A stretch of 64,000 nucleotides of DNA, taken from contig NC_073393.1 of the NCBI RefSeq assembly GCF_028641065.1, positions 21,638,001 to 21,702,000 of the forward strand, in the 5' to 3' direction. The notes beneath the pieces were generated by a model that was given only the letters and a program-made list of their open reading frames with translations, did no database searches and was not told where the DNA came from. Shown in pieces: positions 13,348-25,794 of the stretch (position 1 is the first letter of the stretch; the number at the start of each line of letters is the position of its first letter). The position numbers were made by a program, and so were the translations under genes. This DNA is from Leucoraja erinacea (taxonomy: Eukaryota).

Positions 13348-13675
13348 TGGATGTTTCCACTAGTGGGAGAGCCTAGGACCAGAGGGCACAGCCTCAGAAT
13401 AAAAGGACATACCTTGAGAAAGGAGATGAGGAGGAATTTCTTTGGTCAGAGTGTGGTAAATCTGTGGAATTCATTGCCACTTAAGGCTGTGGAGGCAAAG
13501 TCAATGGATATTTTTAAAGCAACGATTGACAGATTCTTGATTAGTATGGGTGTCAGGGATTATGGGGAGAAGGCAGGAGATGGGGTTGAGAGGGAAAGAT
13601 AGATCAAACATGATTGAATGGCAGAATAGACTTGATGGGCCAAATGGCCTAAATCTGCTCCTTGACCTTATGAAC
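13348..13675 (+). mobile_element. CR1 LINE 3' end
   Basis: MFPLVGEPRTRGHSLRIKG...VVNLWNSLP. Confidence 0.85.
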
Positions 13676-14004
13676 GTGGGGGTCAAAACTGAACACAATC
13701 CTCTAAATGCAGTATCACCATCATCTTGTATATCAGCAACATGACGCCCCAACCTCTGTACTCAATAGATAAGGTCTGCGCATAGTATTCGGAAAGTGGC
13801 CTCACAGTAACTCTGCCCCGGCGCTCCCTGCCATACCGGTGTTATCCAGAGATCCAGACCTCGTGTTTGTGTGTAAAAAGCCGACTGACTAGCCCTGCCT
13901 CCTGTGGGTGAGACTGAACCAGCACATCCGGTCAGACCTGTTTAGCGGGACCATAGCCAGAACCTCAGAGGAAGTTCAGTGTAGAAACTGGTGTACAAAG
14001 AAAA

Positions 14005-14215
14005 GTCACAAAGTGCTGGAGAAACTCAGCGGGTCGGGCGGCCTCTCTGGAGAACATAGATAGGTGATCTTAGTCAGGACCCTTCCTCAGAGTCTCAAGA
14101 AGGGTCCATACCCACATCATCTATCCATGTTTTACAGAGATGCTGCTTGATACGCTGTCACTCCAGCACTTTGTGTCTACCTTTGATGCAAACCAGCATC
14201 TGCAGTTCCATCCTT
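14005..14215. mobile_element. Penelope-derived short repeat arranged as an inverted pair (example of dozens of related copies)
   Basis: Arms cacaaagtgctggag (14007) and ctccagcactttgtg (14161). Homologous to the 3' end of the Penelope element at 62140-62280. Confidence 0.75.
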
Positions 14216-14427
14216 CGCACTTATCTGTGTTCTCCTAAGATGCTGCCTAATCTGCTGAGTCTCTCCAGCACTTTGTGATTACTTAATATAAGGAAGATCA
14301 CATGTTTAAGGAAAGTTAGCTTTATTAGTGTCACGTGTAAACCCACATCTGCAGTTCTTTGTTCATACAAGAGCTTTGTTCTGCATGCCATCCAAACAGA
14401 TCAGATAATACTATATATGAAGGGAAG

Positions 14428-14742
14428 TACAGTGGAGCAGGGGTAGAGCCGCTGCCTCACAGCTCCAGAGACCCAGGTACGGTCCTGACCTCCGGTGCTG
14501 TCTGCGTGGAGTTTGCACGTTCTCCCTGTGACCACGTAGGTTTCCTCCGGTCTCTCCAGTTTCCACCCACATCCCAAAAGACGTTCGGGTTTGTAGATTA
14601 ATTGGCCATCTGTAAATTGCCTCTAGTGTGTACGAAGTGGATGTGAAATGGAATAACATAGAACTAGTGTAAACGGGTGGTCGTTGGTCGGCATGGGCCG
14701 AAGGGCCTGTTGCCGTGCTGTGTCTTTAAACTGAACTAAATG
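14428..14742 (+). mobile_element. HE1-like V-SINE
   Basis: Head, V domain and tail all recognisable. Confidence 0.87.
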
Positions 14743-14894
14743 CAATCAAGCCAAACTCAAGTACAGCAGGTAGAGCAAAGAGAAAGATACAGAGTGCAGA
14801 ATATATAGTCAGTTATGTTACTACCAATCACCTGGAGAACTCATCATAAAACCAAAAACACACAAATCGGCACTGCCACGACAGTTTACCATTG

Positions 14895-15250
14895 AATAGT
14901 AATCAAAAAGGTTGGACAAACTTCGATCGCTGTCTCTGGAACGCAGGAGATCGAGGGGAAACCCGACAGAAGTATATAAAATAATAAGAGGCATTATGTG
15001 ATATGGTATAAATAGGGTAGTCAGAGTATTTTTCCCCAGGGTAGAAGCATCGAAGACTAGAGGGCGTAGCTTTAAGGCAAGAGGGGCAACGTTTAAAGGA
15101 GATGTTCGGGACAATGTTTTTTACGCAGAAGGAGGTCGGTGCCTGGAATGCGCTGCCAGAGGTGGTGGTGGAGTCAGATATGATAGTGGTTTCTAAGAGG
15201 CTTTTAGTCAGATACATGGATCTACAGTGAATGGAAGGGATATGGATAGT
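14895..15250 (+). mobile_element. CR1 LINE 3' fragment
   Basis: gaagtatataaaataataagaggc...actagagggcgtagctttaag...tggaatgcgctgccagagg. Confidence 0.8.
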
Positions 15251-16099
15251 TTAGTCTATTGTCACCGAGGTACAATGGAAATCTTTTTGTTGCTTGCTAA
15301 CCGGTCAGTGGAAAGACTATAGATACATGATTACAATGGAGCCATCCATAGTGTACAAGTACAGGATACAGGGAATAATGTTTAGATAAAGTCCACTAAG
15401 GTCTGATTAAAGATAGTTCGTGGGTCTCCAATGAAGTAGATGGTAGGTCAGGACTGCTCTCTAGTTGGTGAGAGGACGATTCAGTTGCCTGATAACAGCT
15501 GGGAAGAAACTGTCCCTGAATTAGGAGGTGTGTGTTTTTCACATTTCCGTGCCTCTTGCCTGATGGGAGAGGTGAGAAGAGGCAGTGACTGGGCTGAGAC
15601 AGGTCCTCGGTTGGCATCATGTTGAGCAGAAACATTGTGGGCCGAATGGCCTGTTGCTATGCTGTACGGTGGGAGGATGGGGAAGGATATTCACTGTAGA
15701 ATAGGGCGCGGAATCAGGGACTAGTGATCACGAGAGACACAAAATGCTGGAGTATCTCAGCGGCCAGGCTGGTTCCCAGGAAAAAAGGAATAAGTGACTT
15801 TTGCATTGAGACCTTTCTTCAGACTGAGAGTCAGGGGAGAGGGAATCTGGAGATATAGGAAAACACGATCAGGATGGACTGGGAGCTACATTTGGAGTCT
15901 GTGAAACATCATTCAAAGGTGATCAACATACTTTGAGCAACCTGGAAGCCCCTGAACACACAGGTGGAAGTGTGATACTTTCCTGGGCCTTGACTCCTGG
16001 CTGAAAGTTCCTCAAATTACAACAGGACAAAATACGAGATGCCTCGATGAGATCTCGGCTCGGCTGACAGATGCTGCACTATCATCCCACGCTCTGCCC

Positions 16100-16113
16100 G
16101 TTTCCATAGCAAC
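16100..16113. promoter_or_regulatory. RFX X-box
   Basis: GTTTCCATAGCAAC, a 14-bp X-box-type near-palindrome in non-repeat intronic DNA. Confidence 0.5.
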
Positions 16114-16371
16114 CCAGCAGCGGGAGAGGCTGGGCTGGCACCTTACTGAACCCACCCACGGGGAGAGCGGGCAGGGGGGGGGGGGGGGGGGGGGGAAGCT
16201 GGGGAGGGAGAGGAGACGAGGGGGGGGGGAAGGGGGAGAGGGACAACTCATCTCCCTGCACGTGATCCATATCCCTCCATTCCCTGCATATCCATGTGCC
16301 TGTCTAATGTATCTTATTTAAGGCAAGACTAACTAAATTTAATTTTAAAAATCCTAATCTAGCAGCGATTA

Positions 16372-16678
16372 GGGCAGCACAGTGGCCCTGCGGTAGAGCT
16401 GCTGCCTCACGGCGCCAGAGACCTGAGTTTGATCCTGACTATGGGTGCTGTCTGTACGGAGTTTGTAAGTTCTCCGTGTGACCGAGTGGGATTTTTCCAG
16501 GTACTCTGGTTTGCCCCCACATTCCAAAGACATATAGGTTTTGTAGGTTAATTGGCTTGGTATAATTATAAAAAGGATTGTCCCTAATGTATGTAGGATA
16601 GTGTTCATGTACGGGATGGTCAGTGGGCCAAAGGGCCTGTTTCCATGCTGTATCTAAACTAAACTAAACTAAACTAAA
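16372..16678 (+). mobile_element. HE1-like V-SINE
   Basis: Full head, V domain and (ctaaa)n tail. Confidence 0.9.
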
Positions 16679-17008
16679 GATAGACACAACTTGCTGGAGT
16701 AACTCAGCGGGTCAGGCAGCATCTCTGGAGGGAAGGAATGGGTGACGTTTCGGGTCGAGACCCTTCTTCAGACTGAGAGTCAGGAGTGAGAGAGACTAGA
16801 GACATGGAGGGGTAAAGGATGAAAAGTAAAGAGTCTGCTCTCTAGTGCGAGTATATGGGTTACCTATTCCATGTGAGTGTGGGTGAACTCACTGCCAGTG
16901 GCTGTGGCCAGGTCTCTGGTGACTGGCTGGGTGTAGTGGAGCTGGGAACAGCAGCGTTTCACCAGCACCAACCATCTGTGACGGCTCAGTTACCAACCCG
17001 ACAGCCCC

Positions 17009-17022
17009 GTCACCATGGAAAC
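17009..17022. promoter_or_regulatory. RFX X-box
   Basis: GTCACCATGGAAAC, with a forkhead-like TAAACAA a few bases downstream. Confidence 0.5.
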
Positions 17023-17104
17023 GCCGCCTAAACAATCTCACGTCACACAATGAACAGGAGCCGAGTGCAAAGAGAACCTCAACACTGACGCTCGTTACTT
17101 CACA

Positions 17105-17402
17105 CTTCAGAGATATAGCTTAGAAACAGGCCCTTCGGCCCACCGAGTCCACGCTGTCCAGCGATCATCCGCCCACACTACTTCTATCCTACACACTAGA
17201 GGGCAATTTTCTACCGAAGCCAATTAACCTATAATCCTGTACGTTTTTGGAGTGTGGGAGGAAACCGGAGCACCCGGAGAAAACACCTGCAGTCACAGGG
17301 AGAACGTACAAACTTCGTAGAGACAGCACCCAAGGTCAGGATCGAACCCGGGTCTCTGGTGCTGTAAGGAAGCAACTCTACAGCTGTGCCACTGTGCTGC
17401 CC
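17105..17402 (-). mobile_element. HE1-like V-SINE
   Basis: Reverse complement of the consensus. Confidence 0.9.
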
Positions 17403-17882
17403 TGTTGACCTCTCTCTTGGCTTTTTTTCCCCTGGCATATCGTGCTACCGTCACCCCCTGAGATGGCTAGCAGGGTCGGGTGGGCCGAGTGCCCTGTTTC
17501 TGGTCTACATCTTGTGCACACGGAACCCAGTCCAAGCACAGACAAGTTCTTCATTGTTCTCCCCTGCCCCGTGCTCCAACAGAACGGTTTAAATAAAGTC
17601 CAGAAACTCTGCTATTTTTTCCTGGAATGCCGTCTGATTAAACTCTCTGTAATGCTGATCGCAGAGTTTATTTTCTTTGCTGTGTGGAATGTTCCTCGCT
17701 GGGCTCCAGAGCTCACTGGCTGTTGTTTAATTACAGCTTGTGACTGCCGACCTAATCAAACTCTTCCTTCCCCCCACTAGCCCCTTCCAGGCAGACTGGA
17801 CATCTTTGCTCAATCCAGGGAGTGACCTCGTACCAGTCAAGAGGCAAGAGAGAGTCAAGGGTGTTCAATTGCTCAATTTGCA

Positions 17883-18160
17883 GGGCACAACAGGTAGAGC
17901 TGCTGCCAAACAGCACCAGAGACCCGGGTTCAATCCAGATTACGGGTGCTGTCTGTACAGAGTTTGTACATTCTCCCTGTGACCACGTGGGTTTTCTCCA
18001 GGTGCTCCAGTTTCCTCCCACACTCCAGACGTGTGGATTTGTAGGTTAATTGGTTCCCTATAAATTGTCCCTAATGAGTAGGATAGATCTAGTGTACAGG
18101 GCGATCTCTGGTGGGCCGAAAGGCTTGTTTCCACGCTGTATCTCCAAACTGAAGTCTAAT
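17883..18160 (+). mobile_element. HE1-like V-SINE
   Basis: B box gggttcaatcc, V domain and tail. Confidence 0.88.
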
Positions 18161-18302
18161 GTAGCAATTCCCAGAACGATTACATTCTTACTTTGCAGCT
18201 TAAGAGGCCCTTAATCGTAATGACATGCCGATAATCATATGTTAATACAATATATAAATAACAATAATAACGAGGTAACCGTAAAACTGATCTGTGGTAC
18301 AG

Positions 18303-18605
18303 ACACAGGGTGGTGCAGCGGTAGAGTTGCTGCCTTACAACTTCAGAGACCCAGGTTTGATTCTCATAACGGTTGCTGTCTGTATAGAGTTTGCACGTTC
18401 TCCCTGTGACCGCGTGGGTTTTCACCGGGTGCTCCGGTTTCCTCTCACACTCCAAAGACGCGCAGATTTGTAGGTTAATTGGCTTCAGTAAAATTGTACA
18501 TTTCCCTTAATGTGCAAGATAGGCTGCTAGTGTATAGGGTGATTACTGGTCAGAGCAGACTCAGTGGGCCGAAGGGCCTGCGTCCATGCTTTATCTCTAA
18601 AGTAT
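18303..18605 (+). mobile_element. HE1-like V-SINE
   Basis: Head, V domain and tail. Confidence 0.88.
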
Positions 18606-18949
18606 AGTATCTCAAAAATAAAGTTGCTGAGGTTTGTGTTGTGCCGTGTTCAAGAGCCTTATGGTTGCTGGGAAACTGTTCCTGAACCAGGAGGTCACAG
18701 TTCTCAGGCTTCTGTGCCTTCTTCCCTGCGGTAGCAGTGAGATGAGAGGGTGGCCAGGGTGGTGTGGGTCTTGGATGGTATGGGCTGCCTTCTGGAGGCA
18801 GGGTTTACTCTAGATGTGGGGTTGTTGATAAGTTCCATGTACAGAATGAGGCCATTCGGCCCATCATGTGTACTCCCCTTCCCAACTCTCCCACAGCCCA
18901 CTGTCTCCGCCTCTTCCTTTCTTCTTCCCACCCTCCCCATCCCCACATC

Positions 18950-18985
18950 AGTCTGAAGAAGGGTCTCGACCCGAAACGTCGCCTA
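18950..18985 (+). ncRNA. Minimal type I hammerhead ribozyme motif within a Penelope-derived repeat
   Basis: CTGAAGA-a-GGGTC-tc-GACCC-GAAAC-GTC: CUGANGA and GAAA boxes, perfect stem II, GUC cleavage triplet. Stem I pairing is weak. Confidence 0.6.
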
Positions 18986-19139
18986 TTTCCTTCGCTCCAT
19001 AGATGCTGCCTCACCCGCTGAGTTTCTCCAGCATTTTTACCTTTGATTTTCCAGCATCTGCAGTTCCTTCTTAAACATATAAACATATTTGATCTGCGAT
19101 ATTTGATTCTCCTCTGTTGTTGGTTGCAACATGTCGCCA

Positions 19140-19410
19140 GACACAGGAGCCATCTTGTCTTCCCCTCTCAACCCCATTTTTCTCATAACCCCCCCGACAC
19201 CCTTATGAACAAGAATCTGTCAATCCCCGCCTTAAAAATATCCAATAGCCGTTTGTGGCAATTAATTCCACAGATTTGTTCCCTTCCGACTGAAGAAATT
19301 CCTCATCATCTCCTTTCTAAAGGTACACCCTTTTATTCTGAGTCTGTGCCCTCCAGTCCTGGACTCTCCCACTAGTGGAGACATGCTCCATATCCTCTAT
19401 CCAGGCCTTG
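19140..19410 (-). mobile_element. CR1 LINE 3' fragment
   Basis: ggactctcccactagtgg and gaagaaattcctcatcatctcctttctaaag, as in the other CR1 copies. Confidence 0.75.
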
Positions 19411-20054
19411 CACTGTTCGACGTTGCTTGCTGGGTTGGGTAGCACCTTGCCTCGGGGTGACCTTGAGCTGCGTCTCTGAGTCAGTGGCCACGGCTCCACC
19501 TGTTTGTTTTGTCATTAATGTTCAACTGGGATTAGCCAGTTGCCCAGTGACGGAGACGGTGGGGGTCAGGTCACAATAAACCTCTGCCATACACACACGC
19601 CGTGGGTTTGTCAGGAAATAGGCAGGCCGGGGGAAGATTGTGGGTGACGGTGCTTCCGATAAACGAGGATTGAAAACATAATGATGTTATAATATAATCT
19701 CACTCACTCCCCCGGGAACTACTTTAGGCACCAGTTTCCACAAAGAGGGTGTTGTGTGTATGTGTGAATATGGAACGAGCTGCCAGAGGAGGTAATTGAG
19801 GCAGTTACTATAACAACACTTAAAAGACACCTGGACAGGCACATGGGTAGGAAAGGTTTAGAGGAATATGGGCCATTTCTTCATTAGTAAAGGTGTCGGG
19901 GGTTGTGGGGGGAAGGCAGGAGATTAGGGTTGAGAGGGAAAGATTGATCAGCCATGATTAAATGCCGGTGTAGACTCAATGGGCCGAATGGCCTAAGTCT
20001 GCTCCTATAACATGAATAAATGTAGGCAGGTGGGACTCGTAGATTGGACATTTT

Positions 20055-20356
20055 AGTTTAGTTTAGATGTAGTATGGAAGCAGGCCCTGCAGCCCACTGA
20101 GTCCGCTCCGACCAGCGATCATCTCGTACACCTGTTCTTTCCTACACACGAGACAATTTACAATTTACAGAAGCTAACTAACCCACAAACCCATATGTCT
20201 TTGGAATGTGGTAGGAAACCAGAACACCTGGAGAGAGCCCACGTGATCACAGGGAGAACATACAAACTCTGTACAGACAGCACCTGTAGGTAGGATCAAA
20301 CCCGGGTGTCTGGCCCTGCAAGGCAGCAACTCTACCGCTGAGCCACTGTGCCACCC
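20055..20356 (-). mobile_element. HE1-like V-SINE nested in a CR1 3' end (~19725-20415)
   Basis: The CR1 tail ...gattggacat|cttggttggcatag resumes after the SINE. Confidence 0.85.
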
Positions 20357-20859
20357 ATCTTGGTTGGCATAGATGAGCTGGGTTGAAGGCCTGTTTCCGT
20401 GTTGTAGGACTCTAGAATGGTGAATCTCCCAGATCTATATGTCTGATTGGGTTTGATTATATTTAATATTTCATATTTATATATTCAATCTTTCCTCACC
20501 CACTGGGCAGGTGGGAGTAGTGTAAATGGAGCATCGTGGTTGGCATGGACTACTGCTGCAGGACTTTGTGTTCTCATCAATGCCCTTTCTAATTGAAATA
20601 TAACCTCACTACTTATGTATTCAATTCCCCTGAGACAAACAATAGCATTCTGTTCACTTTTCCAAGTGCTGTACGCGTGGCGTGGTCTTTTGTGAATCGT
20701 ACACCACAACACTTAGAGCCCTGTGCAGCTGCCACTTCCTAGTCCCCCCCCCCTGCCAGCGTCCCACAACTCACTCCATCGATCGTATCCCTCTGCAGAC
20801 TTCTCTGCAGCATGCCTCTGGCTGCCCTTCACACCTTTCATTGTGTCGTTGGCACTTTC

Positions 20860-21230
20860 AAGACCGCAAGAAATCGCAGAGAGTTGCGGACGCAGCCCAG
20901 ACCATCACATAAACCATTCTCCCTTCCATTGACTGCATCTCCACTTCACCAGATTCATCCAGGACCAGGTCACCCCCTCTTCTCCCCTCTCCCATCAGGC
21001 AAGAGGAACAGACTTGTGAAAACGCCCACCTCCAGATTCAGGGCCAGTTTCTTCCTGGTTGTTATCCAGACAACTGAACCATCCTATCACCACCTAGAGA
21101 GTGGCCGTGACCTACCACCTATCTCATTGTAGACCCTTGACTATCTTTAATCGGACTTTATCCCCTTTATCCTGCATCTGTACACTGTGGATGGCTTGAT
21201 TGTAATCATGTCCAGTCTTTCCACTGACGG
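20860..21230 (+). mobile_element. Rex1/Babar-like LINE 3' fragment
   Basis: PGHPLFSPLPSGKRNRLVKTPTSRFRASFF. Confidence 0.7.
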
Positions 21231-21454
21231 GAGCATGAGAGACTTTCCATTACGGTTACTGCACTTGGTGTATTCAGCCTGAGTCTGGGTGTTCCGAGCT
21301 CACAACATTCATCCCGTAGTTTGTTTCTGGTGCAAGTATCACGGTGTGAGGTTTATTACCCCAGCTGAGCTGTGACCTCACTGGGGGGCAATTGCATGTT
21401 GGGGGTATTTCACTGCATCTTGATGTGCATGACCGATACCACAACCAGTACTAA

Positions 21455-21790
21455 TTCAATCAAGGACCACTCCCACCCTGGCCATTCCCTCTTCTCCCCT
21501 CTCCTGTCGGGCAGAAGATACAAAAGCTTGAACGCACGTCCCATCAGATTCAAGAACAGTTTCTTCCCCGTTGTTGTCAGACTAGTGAATGGCCCTCCCG
21601 TAAGCTAGGGTGTAATCCCGATCTTCCAACCTACCTCATCATGGACCTTGCACTTTTTTAAATCTGAACTTTCTCTGTAACTAACTATCACTATATTCTG
21701 CACTTTGGTATTTTTCTCTTTGCACCACCTGTGGTACTTGTGGGTGGCTTGATTCTACTCATGCACTGTATGATTTGACTGGATAGCGGA
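21455..21790 (+). mobile_element. Rex1/Babar-like LINE 3' fragment
   Basis: IKDHSHPGHSLFSPLLSGRRYKSLNARPIRFKNSFFP. Confidence 0.75.
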
Positions 21791-22830
21791 GCTTTTCAAA
21801 TGGGGGTATTAGCTACAGGGAGAGATCTACAGGAGAGAATAACATGATTTGTATTTGTCAACTGAGTTCAAATTCTCAAAGAGCATTGGGAGCGTTTATG
21901 TTACCTATTCTTTGGAGCGCAGGAGGCTGAGGGGTGAAGTTTTGGGGATGTATAAAATCATAAGGGGAATAGATAGGGTGAATTCACAAGGATTTTTTCC
22001 AAGAGTTGGGGAACCAAGAACCAATGGACATAGGTGAGTGGGGAAAGATCTAATAGCAACCCACGGTGCAACTTTTTCACCAAGTTGAATGGTTGGGATA
22101 TGGAACGAGCTGCCAGAGGGGGTACGAAGTGCTGGAGTAACTCAGCGGGTTAGGCAGCATCTCTCGAGAAAAAGGGTGGGTAACGTTTCAGGTTGGAACC
22201 CTTCCTCAGACTGGATCCTTTGTACACATTTTGCCAGAGGGGGTAGATGTGGCATGTATTATAACAGCATTTAAAACACTGGGACAGGTTTAGAGGGATA
22301 TATGAGGCAAATGTGGGCAGGTGGGACTAGTTGAGGCAACTTGGTGGGCTTGGCAAGCTGGGCTGATTGTGTGGAGTGTGGCGCCAGGTCTCTTGGTTGG
22401 TGAATCTCCCAAATCTCTGTCCCAGGCGCTGGTGGGGGTTGGATTAGACAATATATTTAAGGTGGAGATAGCTAAATTGTTGACAGATTGAGGAACTGAG
22501 GGCTAGGGGGAACTGGCACAGAATATCAGCCATTATCTAGGGGATGGGCTTGAGTGCCCCACTCCACTTACTGTCCTCCAGACAACAACAGGGAGGCAGT
22601 CGGGCTTGTACAACAGTATGGTAGTTAACACAGTCACTCCATTGTCTGCTCAGGACCATTCATCCAGAGAATCACTTTAATCTCATCACAGCAGCTGGGC
22701 AATTCAAATTCAAGTAAATTAATAAATCCCCCTGTCATTAAAACACACCCTGGTTCAGCGATAACCTTCAGGGAAGTAAATCTTCCGTTCCTGCCTGTAA
22801 GAGTCTGTAAGTAACTCCAGATCCACTATT

Positions 22831-23157
22831 GTTTAGTTTAGTTTTGAGATACAGCGTGGAACCAGGATTTTCGGCCCAGAGTCCAGGCGACCATCGATCA
22901 TCTGCTCGCGCTAGTTCTATGTTATCTCACTTTCACATGCGCACCGTATACACACTAGCGGCAATTTACAGAGGCTGATTAACCTACAAACCCGCACGCT
23001 TTCGGGACATGGAGGGGAAACTGATGCACCCGGAGGAAATCTATGCTGTCACAGGGAGAACGTGCATACTCCACATTGACAGCACCCGAGCTCAGGGTTG
23101 AACCCTGGTCTCTGGTGCTGAGAGGCAGCGGCTCTACCCACTCCGCCCCCGTGCCAC
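22831..23157 (-). mobile_element. HE1-like V-SINE inserted in an older SINE-like repeat (~22670-23248)
   Basis: Consensus SINE on the minus strand. The flanks join as ...actccagatccac|gttgacactt...ggatgggcattaaa. Confidence 0.85.
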
Positions 23158-23791
23158 GCTGTTGACACTTGGCTTTCCCCTCAGCTCCTGGCCAGTTCAG
23201 GATGGGCATTAAAGGTTGGCCAAGCCCCTCGAATGGATGGAAAATAACCGGACAACTTCACCTTGTCTACAAGGACCAGTATTTCATTAGACAGACACAA
23301 AGCGCTGGAGTAACTCAGCAGGTCAGGTAGCATCTCTGGGGAACATGATTCGGTGACGTTTCGAGTCTTTATTCGGACTTCTTCGCAACCCACAGCGTCA
23401 TCCATCTTTTATTCTCCCGAGATGCTGCCTGGACCCGCTGAGTTACTCCAGCACTTTGTGTATATCTCTGATGTAAATCCACAACTACAGTACCGTCCTT
23501 TTACAGGTTTTGATTTGCATAGTTTCAACTGAATTCAAATGAGCTGAAGGTTGATTTGCATTTCTTGATGTGTGTGTTGGAGCAGGATGGATTTATCATG
23601 TATTTGTAACGAGCTGCCAGAGGAGGTGATTGAGGTGAGAACCTTTCAATAACATGGTGTCAGTGGATGGCAATCGGGAGGGTGCTGGGATTTAGTTTAT
23701 TATTTATTGTTGTCAGGTGTACTGAGGTGTGAACGAGTGCTGGAGTAACTCAGCAGGTCAGGCAGCATCTCTGGAGCAAATGGATGGGTGA

Positions 23792-24184
<393 letters not shown>

Positions 24185-24213
24185 TAGTGGTGCTGGGGTG
24201 TGTTGCCGCCGGT

Positions 24214-25065
24214 CTAGATACAGCGCGGAAACAGGCCCTTTGGCCCACCAAGTCCGTGCTGACAAGCGTATACCCGTACATTAGTTATTTAGTTACTTAC
24301 AATGTGCAGAGGGCCAATTAACCTACAAACCCACAAGTCTTTGGAGTGTGGGAGGAAACCGGAGATAAAACCCACGCGGTGATGGGGAGCACTTGCAAAC
24401 ATCGTATAGACAGCAGCCGTTGTCAATAGACAATAGGTGCAGGAGTAGGCCATTCGGCCCTTCGAGCCAGTGTGATCATGGCTGATCATCCACAATCAGT
24501 ACCCCGTTCCTGCTTTCTCCCCATATCCCCTGACAGCTATCTTTAAGAGCGCTATCTAACTCTCTCTTGAAAGCATCCACAGAACCGGCCTCCAACACCC
24601 TCTGAGGCAGGGAATTCCACAGACTCACAACTCTCTGTGTGAAAAAGTGTTTCCTCATCTCTGCTCTAAATGGCTTACCCCTTATTCTGAAACTGTGGCC
24701 CCTGGTTCTGGACTGCACCAACATCGGGAACATGTTTCCTGCCTCTAGTGTGTCCAAACCCTTAATAAATTTATATGGCTCAATAAGATCTCCTCTCATC
24801 CTCCTAAATTACAGAGTGTACAAGCCCAGCTGCTCCATTCTCTCAGCATATGACAGTCCCTCAATCCTGGGAATTAACTGTGAACCTACGCTGCACTTCC
24901 TCAATAGCATAAATGTCCTTCCTCAAATCTGGAGACCAAAACCACACACAATACTCCAGGTGTGGTCTCACTAAGGCCCTGTACAACTGCAGAAAGACCT
25001 CTTTGCTCCTTTACACAAACCCGGGTCTCTGGCGCTAGAAGTGGCTCTACCACTGCGCCACTGTC
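24214..25065 (-). mobile_element. HE1-like SINE split by a CR1 3' fragment (~24427-25015)
   Basis: SINE halves at 24214-24425 and 25016-25065. The CR1 ORF reads MRGDLIE...RTRGHSFRIRG...RVVSLWNSLP. Confidence 0.87.
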
Positions 25066-25794
25066 CTATATGATTCCATAACATCCTTGTAAATTTTCTC
25101 TGCACTCTTTGCAGCTTAATGTAATGTTTCCTACAGCAGGGTGACCAAAACTGAGCGCATTACTGCATTGCAAAGCCCAGCACGTGCCTTTTCCCTCAGG
25201 TCTGGTACAACTGCAGCGTAACAACCCTTGAATAAGCACGGGCTGTGTATCACCCACACTTATAGTTAGCACACGTGATATCACGGTGTGTTTCCGCCAA
25301 CACTTCCCAGTCGGCATGGGGTTGTGGTAGGCAGAGGCACGGAGGCATGGTATTTAGCAGCTTGGGTGGATTTCTGGGGCTGCACTGTCTGGCATCTCCC
25401 GGTGAGGTTGCAGCTACTTCCTCCTGATCCAGACGCAGCCGAAGAACTTGTTCCTCTGCACAGCCATTGAAGCCGAACCACAAAAATGTCAACAATCCCA
25501 GTTGGAAAAGTTTCATATCCATGTGGCTTGGGTTTTTACAAGAAGCACTTTCCAGATGTGGTGCGCTCTCTCACCCTGAGTTCACACTGTCTGCGGACCA
25601 GATGTTTCCGTCGGCACGGTAACAGGAGCTCCTACGAGGAGTGGAACCGCCCTCCAGTGTCGGACTACCCGATACCATCTCCTCCTCCAGACACCAACTC
25701 AGCTCGGCGATCCCGCCCGCAGCTGACTGACCTGGGACAGGGTTGTGGACGGTACCTTTGGAATTAGAAGATTCAAAATACGCTGAGGGAATCT

